64,000 bases of DNA from Octopus vulgaris (lineage: Eukaryota), in assembly GCA_951406725.2 (NCBI GenBank), contig OX597822.1:111352001-111416000 (forward strand), written 5' to 3'. Each line of letters begins with the position of its first letter. The first letter of the stretch is position 1. This document shows, piece by piece, positions 41,337 through 52,995 of the stretch. The notes beneath the pieces were generated by a model. It had not been told where the DNA came from. It saw nothing but the letters and a program-made list of their open reading frames with translations, and made no database searches. A program made the translations under genes and the position numbers.

Positions 41337-41710
41337 TTGCGTCAGAAATTAATTAGTACTTCTCAAATTTCTACATTAAATAGGTTAAATCAATTAACCT
41401 ATGAGCTGTTCAAAACGTCTTACGCGATGAGAAAACTTAGTATGGTGTGATTTCGGTCCTTGCGAGGCGCTACCTATATCTATTAAACAAAGGAAGATTT
41501 GTCTGCATCCGCACACCAAGTTGTTGTTGCACTGCTATGTCAACATCATAAGGCTGTAGACTCTCAAACTGCTCTGCAAACAAAGTTACGTCATCGTTCT
41601 GCGCAACAGTGAACTCGCAACAAAGCAATAGTTCGAGATATGGCCACTAGGTGACAGCACATACCTTGAGTGAAGAGCAAATCAAGGGTGCTAATTAATT
41701 TCTGACGGTA

Positions 41711-41713
<3 letters not shown>
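41334..41713. mobile_element. Tc1/mariner-type MITE in (TA)n
   Basis: TA|CACTTGCGTCAGAAATTAATTAGTAC ... GTGCTAATTAATTTCTGACGGTAGTG|TA imperfect ~26-bp TIRs; no ORF. Confidence 0.85.
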
Positions 41714-41762
<49 letters not shown>

Positions 41763-41825
41763 TTCGTTTTTGGATATGGTTTGCAAGTTTCTTTATAGAC
41801 TTCGTGTGTTGAAGCATATTCTGTT

Positions 41826-42396
41826 GTGTCTGGGAGAGTCATTTTCTTTTTGTGCCTTTTAATTTAACAAACTCACCGGTAAAATTTCCACTTATTTTTT
41901 CATTTTGTTTTCCTAAAATTTGCGTTGTGTCTTGCAACTTTTTCAATAGTCTTGACTCTGTCCGTCATTTACACTGCGTTCCTTTTTGTTTGTTTGTGCG
42001 CATGTGTGTGGGTCAGTGTGTGTGTGTGTGTGCGCCTATGCATGCAAGCATGCACGTACGTATGTATGTATGTATGTATGTGTGTATGTATGCATGTGTA
42101 TGTATACATGTATGTATACATGTGTGTATGCATATGTATATATGTATGTATGTGTGTGCATCCGTATGTATGTATTGTGCATATTCATGTGCCTTCATGT
42201 CCGTGATTGTGTATGTGTGTGTATGTGTAAGTGTAGAAATACACATGCACATAGAAAATACAGAAACACGGACATGCAAGCACATAAGTATGCAGAATAC
42301 ATAGAAATGCACACAAAATAAGAAATAAGTGAAAATTTTACCGGTACGTTTGTTAAATTATAAGGCACAAAAAGAAAATGACTCTCCCCAGACAAA
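41826..42396. repeat. Inverted pair of ~80-bp repeat fragments
   Basis: 41826-41907 versus 42315-42396; the upstream part of the same family recurs at ~52475-52525. Confidence 0.75.
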
Positions 42397-42402
42397 ATAG
42401 TT

Positions 42403-42485
<83 letters not shown>

Positions 42486-42627
42486 GTATGTATATATATA
42501 TATATACGTATGTAATGTATATGCTCTCTACCGTAATATTAACATTTCTGTCGCTCTCTCATCACATTCACACATACACACGTAAACAAATAAATATGGT
42601 GTAAATGTTTATATATAATATATATAT

Positions 42628-42675
<48 letters not shown>

Positions 42676-43842
42676 CAAGGGCTGGACAGAATAATGGAAA
42701 CACCTAGCATCATACAATCATAATTTTAAAATATCTGTAAAACAGTAAAAAGCTTGTTTATTATTTGTGTTGCTAAAATTACTGTTCAAAATAAGGTAAT
42801 TAGAATTCAATAAAATGACAGATCTATTGGACTTTCAAAGAGGTCAAATTGTTGGTGCTCGTATGGTAAGCGCTAGCGTAACGAAAACGGCCGAAATGTT
42901 TGGTGTATCAAATAGTATTGTCTCGAAAGTAATCACAGCCTTTGAGAAAGAGGGAAAAACTCCTCGTCGAAACAAAACTTCGGAAGAAAACCAAAACTTT
43001 CAGATAGACTCTTACGCGAATTTTTTGAAAGGATCACAAAAGTACAGCTGCTAAATCTACTGCAGAGCTTAATAATGACCTCGAGAACCCAGTTTCTACA
43101 AAAACTGTTCTGCGGGAGCTGCACAAAGCCGGATTTCACAAGAGGGCTGCAATCAATAAACCACTACCCTCCTAAACAAACGTTGAAAATCGTTTAAAGT
43201 GGAGTAAAAACCAACAGAATTGGTTCCAAGAGCAGTGGAGGAGTGTTATTTTCTCGGAAGAGTCATCCTTTACCTTATTTCCAACCACCAGCCGAGTATG
43301 TGTGTGGAGAGAGCCAAGGGAAGCATTTGACCCAGACTGCCTTCTTCCAACTGTTAAACATGGAGGAGGATCTGTGATGATCTAGGAGGCTATATCTTGG
43401 AACTCCGCGGGCCCACTGGTTTCTTTTCATGGTAGAATGAATAGTCAAGTCTATTTGAGCATTTTATCTGATCAAATTCATCCTATGGTTGCTCCAATTC
43501 ACACAGCGAAAATTGTTACTGAATGGCACGAAGAACATTCTAGTGAAGTTGAACATCTTATCTGGCCACCACACTCCCCAAATCTCAATATTATTGAACA
43601 TTTATGGTGCATTTTAGAAAAACCAGTAAGGAGTCGATATCTTCCACCATGATCACTACAAAAACAGAAGACTGTTTTAGCTGAAGAATGGCCAAAATTT
43701 CCTTTCGAAACAATTCAAACTTTGTACGAGTTCATACCTCGTAGAATTCAAGCTGTAATTACTGTCAAAGGTGGTCCTACCCCATATTAAAATTAATTTG
43801 TTTGAAATTTTAAGGCGCTTCCATTATTTTGTCCACTCCATG
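42676..43842 (+). mobile_element. Near full-length Tc1-family DNA transposon, transposase disrupted
   Basis: About 30-bp imperfect TIRs (TGGACAGAATAATGGAA / TTCCATTATTTTGTCCA); MTDLLDFQRGQIVGAR HTH start, VIFSEES, PTVKHGGGSVMI, WPPHSPNLNIIEHLW. Confidence 0.95.
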
Positions 43843-43911
43843 AATATAACAAAATATAGAAGAGTGATGCATTTTAGCAGGGTCCAAATAATCGCAACCC
43901 GAGAACTAGCA

Positions 43912-43998
<87 letters not shown>

Positions 43999-44103
43999 TA
44001 TGGTACTTAAGTTGAGGCACCAGAATTTAGCATGGTATTATCCATACAATTTCAAATTAAGGTGATTAAAATCAAAATAAGCAGTTGCTTATTTATATTT
44101 ATA

Positions 44104-44163
<60 letters not shown>

Positions 44164-44165
<2 letters not shown>

Positions 44166-44385
44166 TTGAGTTCAAATTCCGCCGAGGTAAGCTTTTTGGG
44201 GGCGAGAAATTAAGTACCAATTGCGCCCTGAGGTCGATCAAATCGACTGGCTCCTCTCCGCTAAAATTTCGGGCCTTGTGCCTAGAGTAGAAAAGAATAT
44301 TTTGTTTTTCGTCTATCTACATTGTGATTTCAAATTCCGCGGAGGTCGGCTTTGCCTTTCATCCTTTCGGGATCGATAAATTATG
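44164..44385 (+). mobile_element. SINE family B fragments
   Basis: Two partial cores and the GTAGAAAAGAAT tail. Confidence 0.8.
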
Positions 44386-44399
44386 TAGCTTTTGCATAG

Positions 44400-44692
44400 A
44401 ACAGAAAATAACTTACTCACAGCACGCACTCTACAAACATACTTCCCTCCTCTCCTCTTCTCCCGAATTTCTGTTCGTATTTTGCCCTGATATGGCACAG
44501 TTCACAAACCTCCACCTACATTAGTGAAACAACTTTCATGAACTATGAAAACCTAAAATTAACCCGCGTGTATTACAGTCTGACGAAAGATTCGAGCTAA
44601 AATTTTGAGGTCTCTGTCACGTATCCTCATGTAAAATTTTAATGCGTTCTCTGAGATAAAGCATTAATTCTTCACATTATTGCTACATTGAT
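44400..44692 (+). mobile_element. Decayed PLE 3' end (GIY-YIG tail)
   Basis: Frame remnants EFLFVF...KPKIN followed by CTGACGA and an AT-rich tail into (TA)n. Confidence 0.35.
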
Positions 44693-45017
44693 TATATATA
44701 TAACTTGAAATAAAGACAAACACATTAATATATGTGTGTAGGGGTGTGCCTGGACAGATAAGATATGAAGTTATATAACGACCTATATATTGTCCACCGG
44801 CCAAGCGATTGTCAGAAAATTTATGCCAAACCACTTACAAATCAAATATTGACAACTAATTTCGTATACAATTCTAGTCTCTTGAATGTATATCTATATA
44901 TTCGTATTTGTATGTATGCATGTATGTATATATGTATGTGTGCATATATGTATGTAAGTATGTATCTACGTGCATGTGTATGTACATATATGTACATATA
45001 TGGTACATATGTGTATA

Positions 45018-45066
<49 letters not shown>

Positions 45067-45230
45067 ATATGTATATATGTATGTATCTATTTATATATAT
45101 ACATTCACAAACAAACATGCACGCACACATATAGGTATGTATGAACGTATATATATATACACAGAGAGACAGACACATAGTTTATGCATACGAGTACATA
45201 TAAAGCGTAATGTGAATGTGTGTATATGTC

Positions 45231-45308
<78 letters not shown>

Positions 45309-45804
45309 TGTGTGTGTGTATGTATGTATGCTTAAGTCTGTATGTGTGATACATACATTTATAATTTTGGCTACACTCCATTCGTTGTAAGAGTCTGGTT
45401 GGCATACCATCACTCAATGACACTTGTCAGACAATAATATATCTGTGAGCTCTCTTTCGATTCCTGTTCTTCCTAACTATTAAGTTGTTTCCACTAACGT
45501 CGCTATTATTTTCCATGATTCTCATAACTGAGCGTAACTTCGAAAGGTCATTCATATATTTAGATATTCCATTTGTTTCCGCCTCCCCCATTTTCAATAT
45601 TATACATCGATTTCAGATTGTAACATCAGTATATCAGATGCGGCGGATGCCATGTATGCCTTTCTGAGAATATCTCATACGTTTGCTCTCTTTCAGCACT
45701 TGACAAAATGATTTGAAAATATCGCTAATTGTAGCAGTGTTGTCCTTTCGTTATTGAGTGATTCTAATTATCTCTTCGATTATCACACATTTACATATGT
45801 TAGT

Positions 45805-46182
45805 GGAGGCGCAATGGCTCCAGGATCACTCTTTCGATTCATAGGATCACTCTTTCGATTCCCAGACCGGGCGTTGTGAGTGTTTATTGAGCGAAAACAC
45901 CTAAAAGTTCCACGAAGCTCCGGCAGGGGATGGTGGTGATCCCTGCTGTACTCTTTCACCACAACTTTCTCTCACTCTTACTTCCTTTTTCTGTTGTACC
46001 TGTATTGCAAAGGGCCGGCCTTGTCACTCTCTGTGTCACGCTGAATATCCCCGAGAACTACGTTAAGGGTACACGTGTCTGTGGAGTGCTCAGCCACTTA
46101 CACGTTAATTTCACGAGCAGGCTGTTCCGTTGATTCGGATCAACCGGAACCCTCGTCGTCGTAACCGACGGAGTGCTTCCAA
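45805..46182 (+). mobile_element. SINE family C head and body with an alternative 3' tail
   Basis: Matches 15124-15305, then diverges completely; TSD ACATATGTTA at 45793-45802 and 46186-46195. Confidence 0.88.
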
Positions 46183-46490
46183 TCCACATATGTTAACGTT
46201 AACTAAATTCATATCCCATTATTATATATGTGTACATTAAACAAACAGTCTAGAAACGAACAAAATTGAGATCGTCGTGTCAAAAGGGTATAAGAGATTT
46301 CGATTCAACCAACATTTAACAAGCTTAGGGCTACAAGGCAAAGGATAAAAGGGACTGCAAATAGAACTCCTGTACTGACCTGTCATCCTCATACATGCAA
46401 CATCTACCGGCTTAACTCAAATGCCACTTTCGACATAAGCATCATAACTGGCAAAGAAAATGTAGGTAGCCTGATCCTTATACATCAATA

Positions 46491-46725
46491 CCTATTTCTT
46501 TACTACCCACAAGGGGCTAAACACAGAGGGGACAAACAAGGACAGACATAGGTATTAAGTCGATTACATCGACCCCAGTGCGTAACTGGTACTTAATTTA
46601 TCGACCCCGAAAGGATGAAAGGCAAAGTCGACCTCGGCGGAATTTGAACTCAGATCGTAACGGCAGACGAAATACGGCTACGCATTTCGCCCGGCGTGCT
46701 AACGATTCTGCCAGCTCGCCGCCTT
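46491..46725 (-). mobile_element. SINE family B, one module, with TSD
   Basis: Flanked by CCTTATACATCAATACC (46476-46492 and 46722-46738, partly overlapping the element ends). Confidence 0.92.
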
Positions 46726-47299
46726 ATACATCAATACCGACTGTTGCCTTATGTTTGGGTATTAATTTTTTTTTGGCCATATCATCTAATTTTTTCCGAG
46801 AAAGAGAATATTTTTTATTAACCAAATCCATTGTAGATATAACAAAGACGGTTTCATTACAAGCCTTAATGCAGCCTGGGCTTGTAGGCAACATCAGTAA
46901 CAGCTGATCAGTATTATTTAAATCGTGAAATCTAAACACCACTGATTAAATGTATTCTATGCATTAAAGCTTCCGTTGAATAGCAAACGAAAAGTTGGTA
47001 CGAATGTGATGCATGATTTTCTTTCTTAATATATAAATAAGGAATGGGAAACAACATCACAGACTGCATTGGGTATCTGCTGACTTTTATTTTCTGGATA
47101 TAGTGAATCGAGTCAGGTTGGAATTTCGTATATCTGAAACAAAAATGGAATACATCCACTTATAATTATAAATCACGCTTTCTATTTATCTATGTATGTA
47201 TTTCTAAGTATATCTCTCTTTCTCTGCCTGTGTGTCTTTCTACGCATCTACGTATTTAAATCTCTCCCCACTCCTCTCTCCTTACATGTATGCTTGTAA

Positions 47300-47456
47300 A
47301 TATAATATATATGCATATATGCATTATATGTATATACATATATGCATATATCTATATATCCATATATCCATATATACATATATATATATATATACATATA
47401 CATATACATATATATATGCATGTATGTATATATATATACATATATATATATATATC

Positions 47457-47538
<82 letters not shown>

Positions 47539-47655
47539 GCATGTATATATATATATATATATATATATACATGCATATATATATATATATATAGATAAAC
47601 TTAGATAAACTTAGATGTGTTTCGACCAATGATATATATATATATATATATATGC

Positions 47656-47700
<45 letters not shown>
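47300..47700. repeat. Interrupted (TA)n microsatellite block
   Basis: Seen directly. Confidence 0.97.
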
Positions 47701-47706
<6 letters not shown>

Positions 47707-48626
47707 TACATACAGATATGTAAAGAAAGTTAATTGGATAAGATTATTCGGATTACGACGCTAATACTTTCCCATAGTCTCGTACAATATGCATGTAATC
47801 TGCTGCATCAAATAGGAAGAATAAATGTAGAAAAGCATGGACTTTCCATTCCAGATATTTGTATAACATCTATAGAAGCTATTTATGTTTGAGTGGCGAT
47901 TTCCAGTTGTGTAAAGGTAATCTCGGCTGAGAAATGGCTACAGTTATTTCGGTTAATACCAATCTATACAGCGAAACATGTTCAGAGACGTACCCGCAGA
48001 ATTATATATCTAAGGTATTTCTAATAAAATGGTATTTTCTGATATAATATTAATGAGGAATATATAATGAAATTGATGACTTTATGCTCTTATTCATACA
48101 TACCTACACGCTATCGCACACTCACATACGCTCACATGCATATATAAATTTATATATCCGTTTGTAACAATGTATACATATATATATAATTTATTTGTGG
48201 GTTAACATGTCTACCAATGGTTTCATATAATGAGATCTTCCGAATTTTTCGAATGTGCCTCAAGAAGAATTTTTCGAATGTGCCTATTTGATGGGAATAG
48301 ACAAGGCAACTACGTATGTCTGAACAATACTTCGAACACATGTAGAGCGCACGTGAGGTAACTTATATGAATATGTCGAGTGTTATCTCCAGTGCATTAG
48401 CTCTGGCTGTTGCAGGGAATTGCACTCATCTAGAATAATTAATATCTTTAATTAACTAATTGCGATATCCTTGCGAATCTCATGTACCTTCGGGGATATC
48501 TTATATGTTGTACTCTTTGCGTTAAAAAAATCGTAACCTTTTTAACCATCAAAGAATATGAGCCAATACGGTGTCGAGCACTCATTCTCACTGTCCGAGT
48601 CTCTCTCTCTATATATATATATATAT

Positions 48627-48660
<34 letters not shown>

Positions 48661-48663
<3 letters not shown>

Positions 48664-48946
48664 AGTTTAGGACCTGGGTTCTCTTTCCTAAGGCATTTTT
48701 CGATGTTGGTGTTATTATTCAGGTGTGACTGTTTAAAATTGAACTCGGGATCTTAGAGTTTGTAGCCCGCGCTCTTAACCACTATGCCATATGCCCATGG
48801 GCAATTATGGAGTGAATTTTAGGGCTTATAAATCTAATATTAGGAAATCTAAGATAGGAAATTAATTATTAAGACATATATATATATATATTTTAGGGCT
48901 TATAAATCTAATATTAGGAAATCTAAGATAGGAAATTAATTGTTAA

Positions 48947-49008
<62 letters not shown>

Positions 49009-49310
49009 TTAATAATTAATTTCCTATCTTAGATTTCCTAATATTAGATTTATAAGCCCTAAAATTCACTCCATAATTGCCCATGGGCATATGGCATAGT
49101 GGTTAAGAGCGCGGGCTACAAACTCTAAGATCCCGAGTTCAATTTTAAACAGTCACCTGATTAATAACACCAACATCGAAAAATGCCTTAGGAAAGAGAA
49201 CCCAGGTCCGAAACTCCTACACACCTGATGAAGGCTGGATGGTATATTAGTCAAAACGTTGTGTTAACAAACAAGATTAGGACAAATATCCGTCAAATGT
49301 AAATAATGTA
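48661..49310. mobile_element. tRNA-headed, HHR-tailed element present as an inverted duplication around (TA)n
   Basis: 48661-48876 is the near-perfect reverse complement of 49005-49219; A-box TGGCATAGTGG at 49092; HHR relic at 49221-49264. Confidence 0.75.
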
Positions 49311-49789
49311 AGTATAGCACTGTATTAGAGATTTTTAAATCCAGAGATTATTCTGCAGGTAATCACTCCTTTCCATTTTACTACCTACATATGTTTCTGT
49401 TTTATGTCAGTGCACACTGCAGAAGTTTGTTTCTTGGTGTGCATTTTGCTATTAATTACTGATGCTGCTTCTTCAGCGTACTATTAACTGCATTTTAAAT
49501 TCCATCAGAACTAAACACAAGTCCAACCAAAATATTTCGAACACGTGATGTTAGTATTCTACCACTACTACCACCACCACCACCACTACTACTACTACTA
49601 GTACTACTACTGCTGCTGCTGCTGCTCTGCTGCTGGTACTACTACTACTACTACTACTACTACTGTTAATAATGAGCAATTGGTCTATTATTTACTTTGC
49701 TAATTTTATAATTTAATTAATTTTAGGGATATCGTTAATTTTATTCTCTTATTGTCCTATTCACTCTTTATAATTAAGTTTCGTTTAGG

Positions 49790-50140
49790 TAGGAGTTCAT
49801 ATTTAATTAGTTTAGTTACTTACTATTGTTTACTTGATTTCTGTTCTAATTAGAGTATTACAGATCATAGAGGTATTTAAATTGATTAAACGTGTATTTA
49901 GACCGATGAAGACATTACAACGCATTCGCATCCATGCTTTATTAATTCGTATTTTGGTAAATGTTTTCAACACTCTACTATATGGTTTACCTCTACTATA
50001 TTCCTTACTATTATCTTTTATAGACCAAATAAATTTGTTTAAACTAGTAGTCTTACTCTTATTGCTATCTGTAAATGAGTTTTCGTGATTAGTAATTCTT
50101 CTTTTTATATACGCTTTCAAACGTGTGAAAAGAACAGTAA
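49790..50140 (-). mobile_element. PLE GIY-YIG endonuclease C-terminal remnant
   Basis: KRRITNHENSF....KTTSLNKFIWSIKD...KPYS resembles the PLE RxxNHxxSF...TxLSKxIWxLKD signature. Confidence 0.7.
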
Positions 50141-50231
50141 GGGAATAAAATTAATTCAATTATAAAATTGACAAATTAAATAATAGGCCAATAGCTCATT
50201 GTTAACAATAATAGTAATAATAAGAATAGAA

Positions 50232-50245
50232 GTAGCAGCAGCAGC

Positions 50246-50329
<84 letters not shown>

Positions 50330-50336
50330 TGTTGTT

Positions 50337-50401
<65 letters not shown>

Positions 50402-50420
50402 TGTTGTTGTAGTAGTAGTT

Positions 50421-50492
<72 letters not shown>
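50232..50492. repeat. (TAG)n microsatellite
   Basis: Seen directly. Confidence 0.98.
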
Positions 50493-51124
50493 ATGGGGAT
50501 GATAATAACAGTAATAATAATAACATCAACGTACCTTAAGTAACCTGATACACAATACGAATACAAACACTCACCTGTGGAATAGTGATGAAATACATTA
50601 GCTGAATTTTGACCAATTTTCGGCCAGCAACTCCCTTATTGTTTCTAACCAGCAGAGTTGAAAAGGTCAGAATTTAGACTATTTTTAGAATACTAACACC
50701 AGGTGTACGAAATATCTTGGTTTAGTTCAGATGTAATGCAGCTAACAGTACACTGAAGAAGCGACGTCAGTAATTACCACATAAGTGCACACGAAAATGC
50801 AAAATTTTGTAATGTGCACTGTAATTTTGTAATTCGCAGCAGAAATATATACAGGTAATAACATGGAAAATGTATTTAACTGCAGAATAAAGCCTGGCTA
50901 TATAAATCTCTGTTTTTAGTTATTAATTTATTGTTTCTTCTCTGCCGAAAAAATGCAGTCTGTATAGAGACTTACCGATGTGAAAATCTACTGAGGATAG
51001 TAGAATAAACTAACTGGAGTTTATCTACATTCACTGAGATCAGCCATTATAGACTGGTAAAAGCGAATACGGCACTCGCTAGGATTGTATATCGAACATT
51101 TGGAAATTCATCTATCTATCTATC

Positions 51125-51177
<53 letters not shown>

Positions 51178-51180
<3 letters not shown>

Positions 51181-51468
51181 ATCCAAACAAGAAAGCACAA
51201 AAAAAACACAACGCGAGGACGTGGAACAAATATAGTATTATTGGACGCTCAGGAAAGAAGGAAAGAAGGAGGGTTTAACGTTTCGAGCGGAGCTCTTCAT
51301 CGGAAACATAGGAGAAGGAAAGATCCAGAGAAGGGAAGACAGAGGAGAAAAATCGCCAACGGTACACATGAGGTAACATTTTGAAAGACCGGAAGGAAAG
51401 GGTGAAGAAAGGTGTTTTCAAAGACAGAAGAGTAGTTCTGTCAAAGAAAGGGGAATGGTAGAGAATGG

Positions 51469-51470
<2 letters not shown>
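51178..51470 (-). mobile_element. PLE-type terminal repeat with HHR-like motif (51273-51307)
   Basis: gttt-CCGATGA-A-gagc(tcc)gctc-GAAA-CG-TT-aaac; shares the downstream CTGAGCGT..TAATAC motif with 34098-34300; (TA)n on both sides. Confidence 0.7.
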
Positions 51471-51516
<46 letters not shown>

Positions 51517-51539
51517 CAACAAATTTATTTATTCCACTC

Positions 51540-52300
51540 TGGTAAAAATATAGTAAAAGTAGAAGTTGAAAATACACTGAGAATAGTTAAATCGTTTTAA
51601 TATTTAAAGATTTAACCGGTTTCAGAGTTTAAACTGATTTTTCAAAAATTGAGAATGAAACACGTAGGTTTTGATGCAACTATTTTGTTTCTGGCTAGTG
51701 TTTTTAGCTTGTCCTATTTTTATAGGGAGTATATGGCTCAAAGTAGTATGCGTTTTGAATAAACTTGGTTGGTAGAGGATAATCACATGACTGGTCTTGT
51801 AAGTTCCTCGCCACGCCCATGTGTTAATGTCGACGGACAATGTGTGGCGTTGCAAGTCAAGACTGACACAGCTGCGTGAACGCGTCTAGCGACAGTACCA
51901 AACAATCACTGCTCTGAATGTTTTCTGTCAAACGTTGTGGAGAATGAAAGGGTTGATTAAAGTTAGAACCGTTTGTATGTTTGCCTCTACGTCCTTGCGT
52001 TAGTATTAGGTGATCCTATATTTTGCGCCGAAAATTAAGACCGACACGGCCGACTGAACAGTTTACAGTCAAGGGGCTCTAGATTTAACCTACTAGGTAG
52101 GAGTGTGGACATGAGTCGATTGTATATAGCTAGTGGCTAAAGTTTAGGTTGTTAGCTGTGTAGATTTCTCATGTTAAATGGCAAAATGAGTTTTGTGTGT
52201 GAATGGTTATTTGTGCATGTGCTCTGTTAAGTCTTGGTTTTATTTTTGATATGAAAGTATTTTCTTTGTTTATCCGTACTTCATCTATGCTATTCACTGA
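51540..52300 (-). mobile_element. Decayed PLE 3' end with degenerate U3-A8 HHR (51610-51649)
   Basis: attt-TTGAAAA-(imperfect stem II)-GAAA-CCGG-TT-aaat, downstream of GIY-YIG-like remnants (IILYQPSL). Confidence 0.45.
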
Positions 52301-52384
52301 AGAAAGGTAGAGTGGGAAAACATGGAAATATGGAGGACTTACTTTTGTACATATGTCTACTCAGTGGAACCTACCTAGTACTAT

Positions 52385-52459
<75 letters not shown>

Positions 52460-52951
52460 GTACTATATATATCTTTCGTTTGGGGATTTGGTTTGCAAGA
52501 TTCTTTATATGAGTTCGTGTGTTGAAACTTTTTAAAACAAAAAACGCAGTGATAAATGACTGTACATCATCTATTGAAAAGAACTTTAATGAACTTTGGA
52601 AATCTGTTTATGTTAAAAAACGTGGAAATTATCTACTTCATGAGTATAGCCTCAATAATAGGATGTCTAGAGAACTCACATGTATTTTAGCTGATGAGTA
52701 CAGGACTATATTTATATGCTGTATATATATATACTTTTCTAAAAAGTTCGTCCTTGTATGAAACGATGGTACTAAAACCTATCCATTCTTTTTTTGCTTC
52801 TTTATATAAAGCTTATAATATACCCCACATTATTGTATTGTTAAAATAGTATATATATATATATTTGGCCTGCATCTTAAGCGGGGTTAGCGTACATATT
52901 CAAGGCTAAATGCATTGTAAATTAACATTGAATCTTTCGATTGATCACGTG

Positions 52952-52995
<44 letters not shown>

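Noticed and set aside
47921-47988. CTGAGAA...GAAACATGTT hammerhead relic
   Set aside because: C3-A8 mismatch, weak stem II and mismatched stem I.
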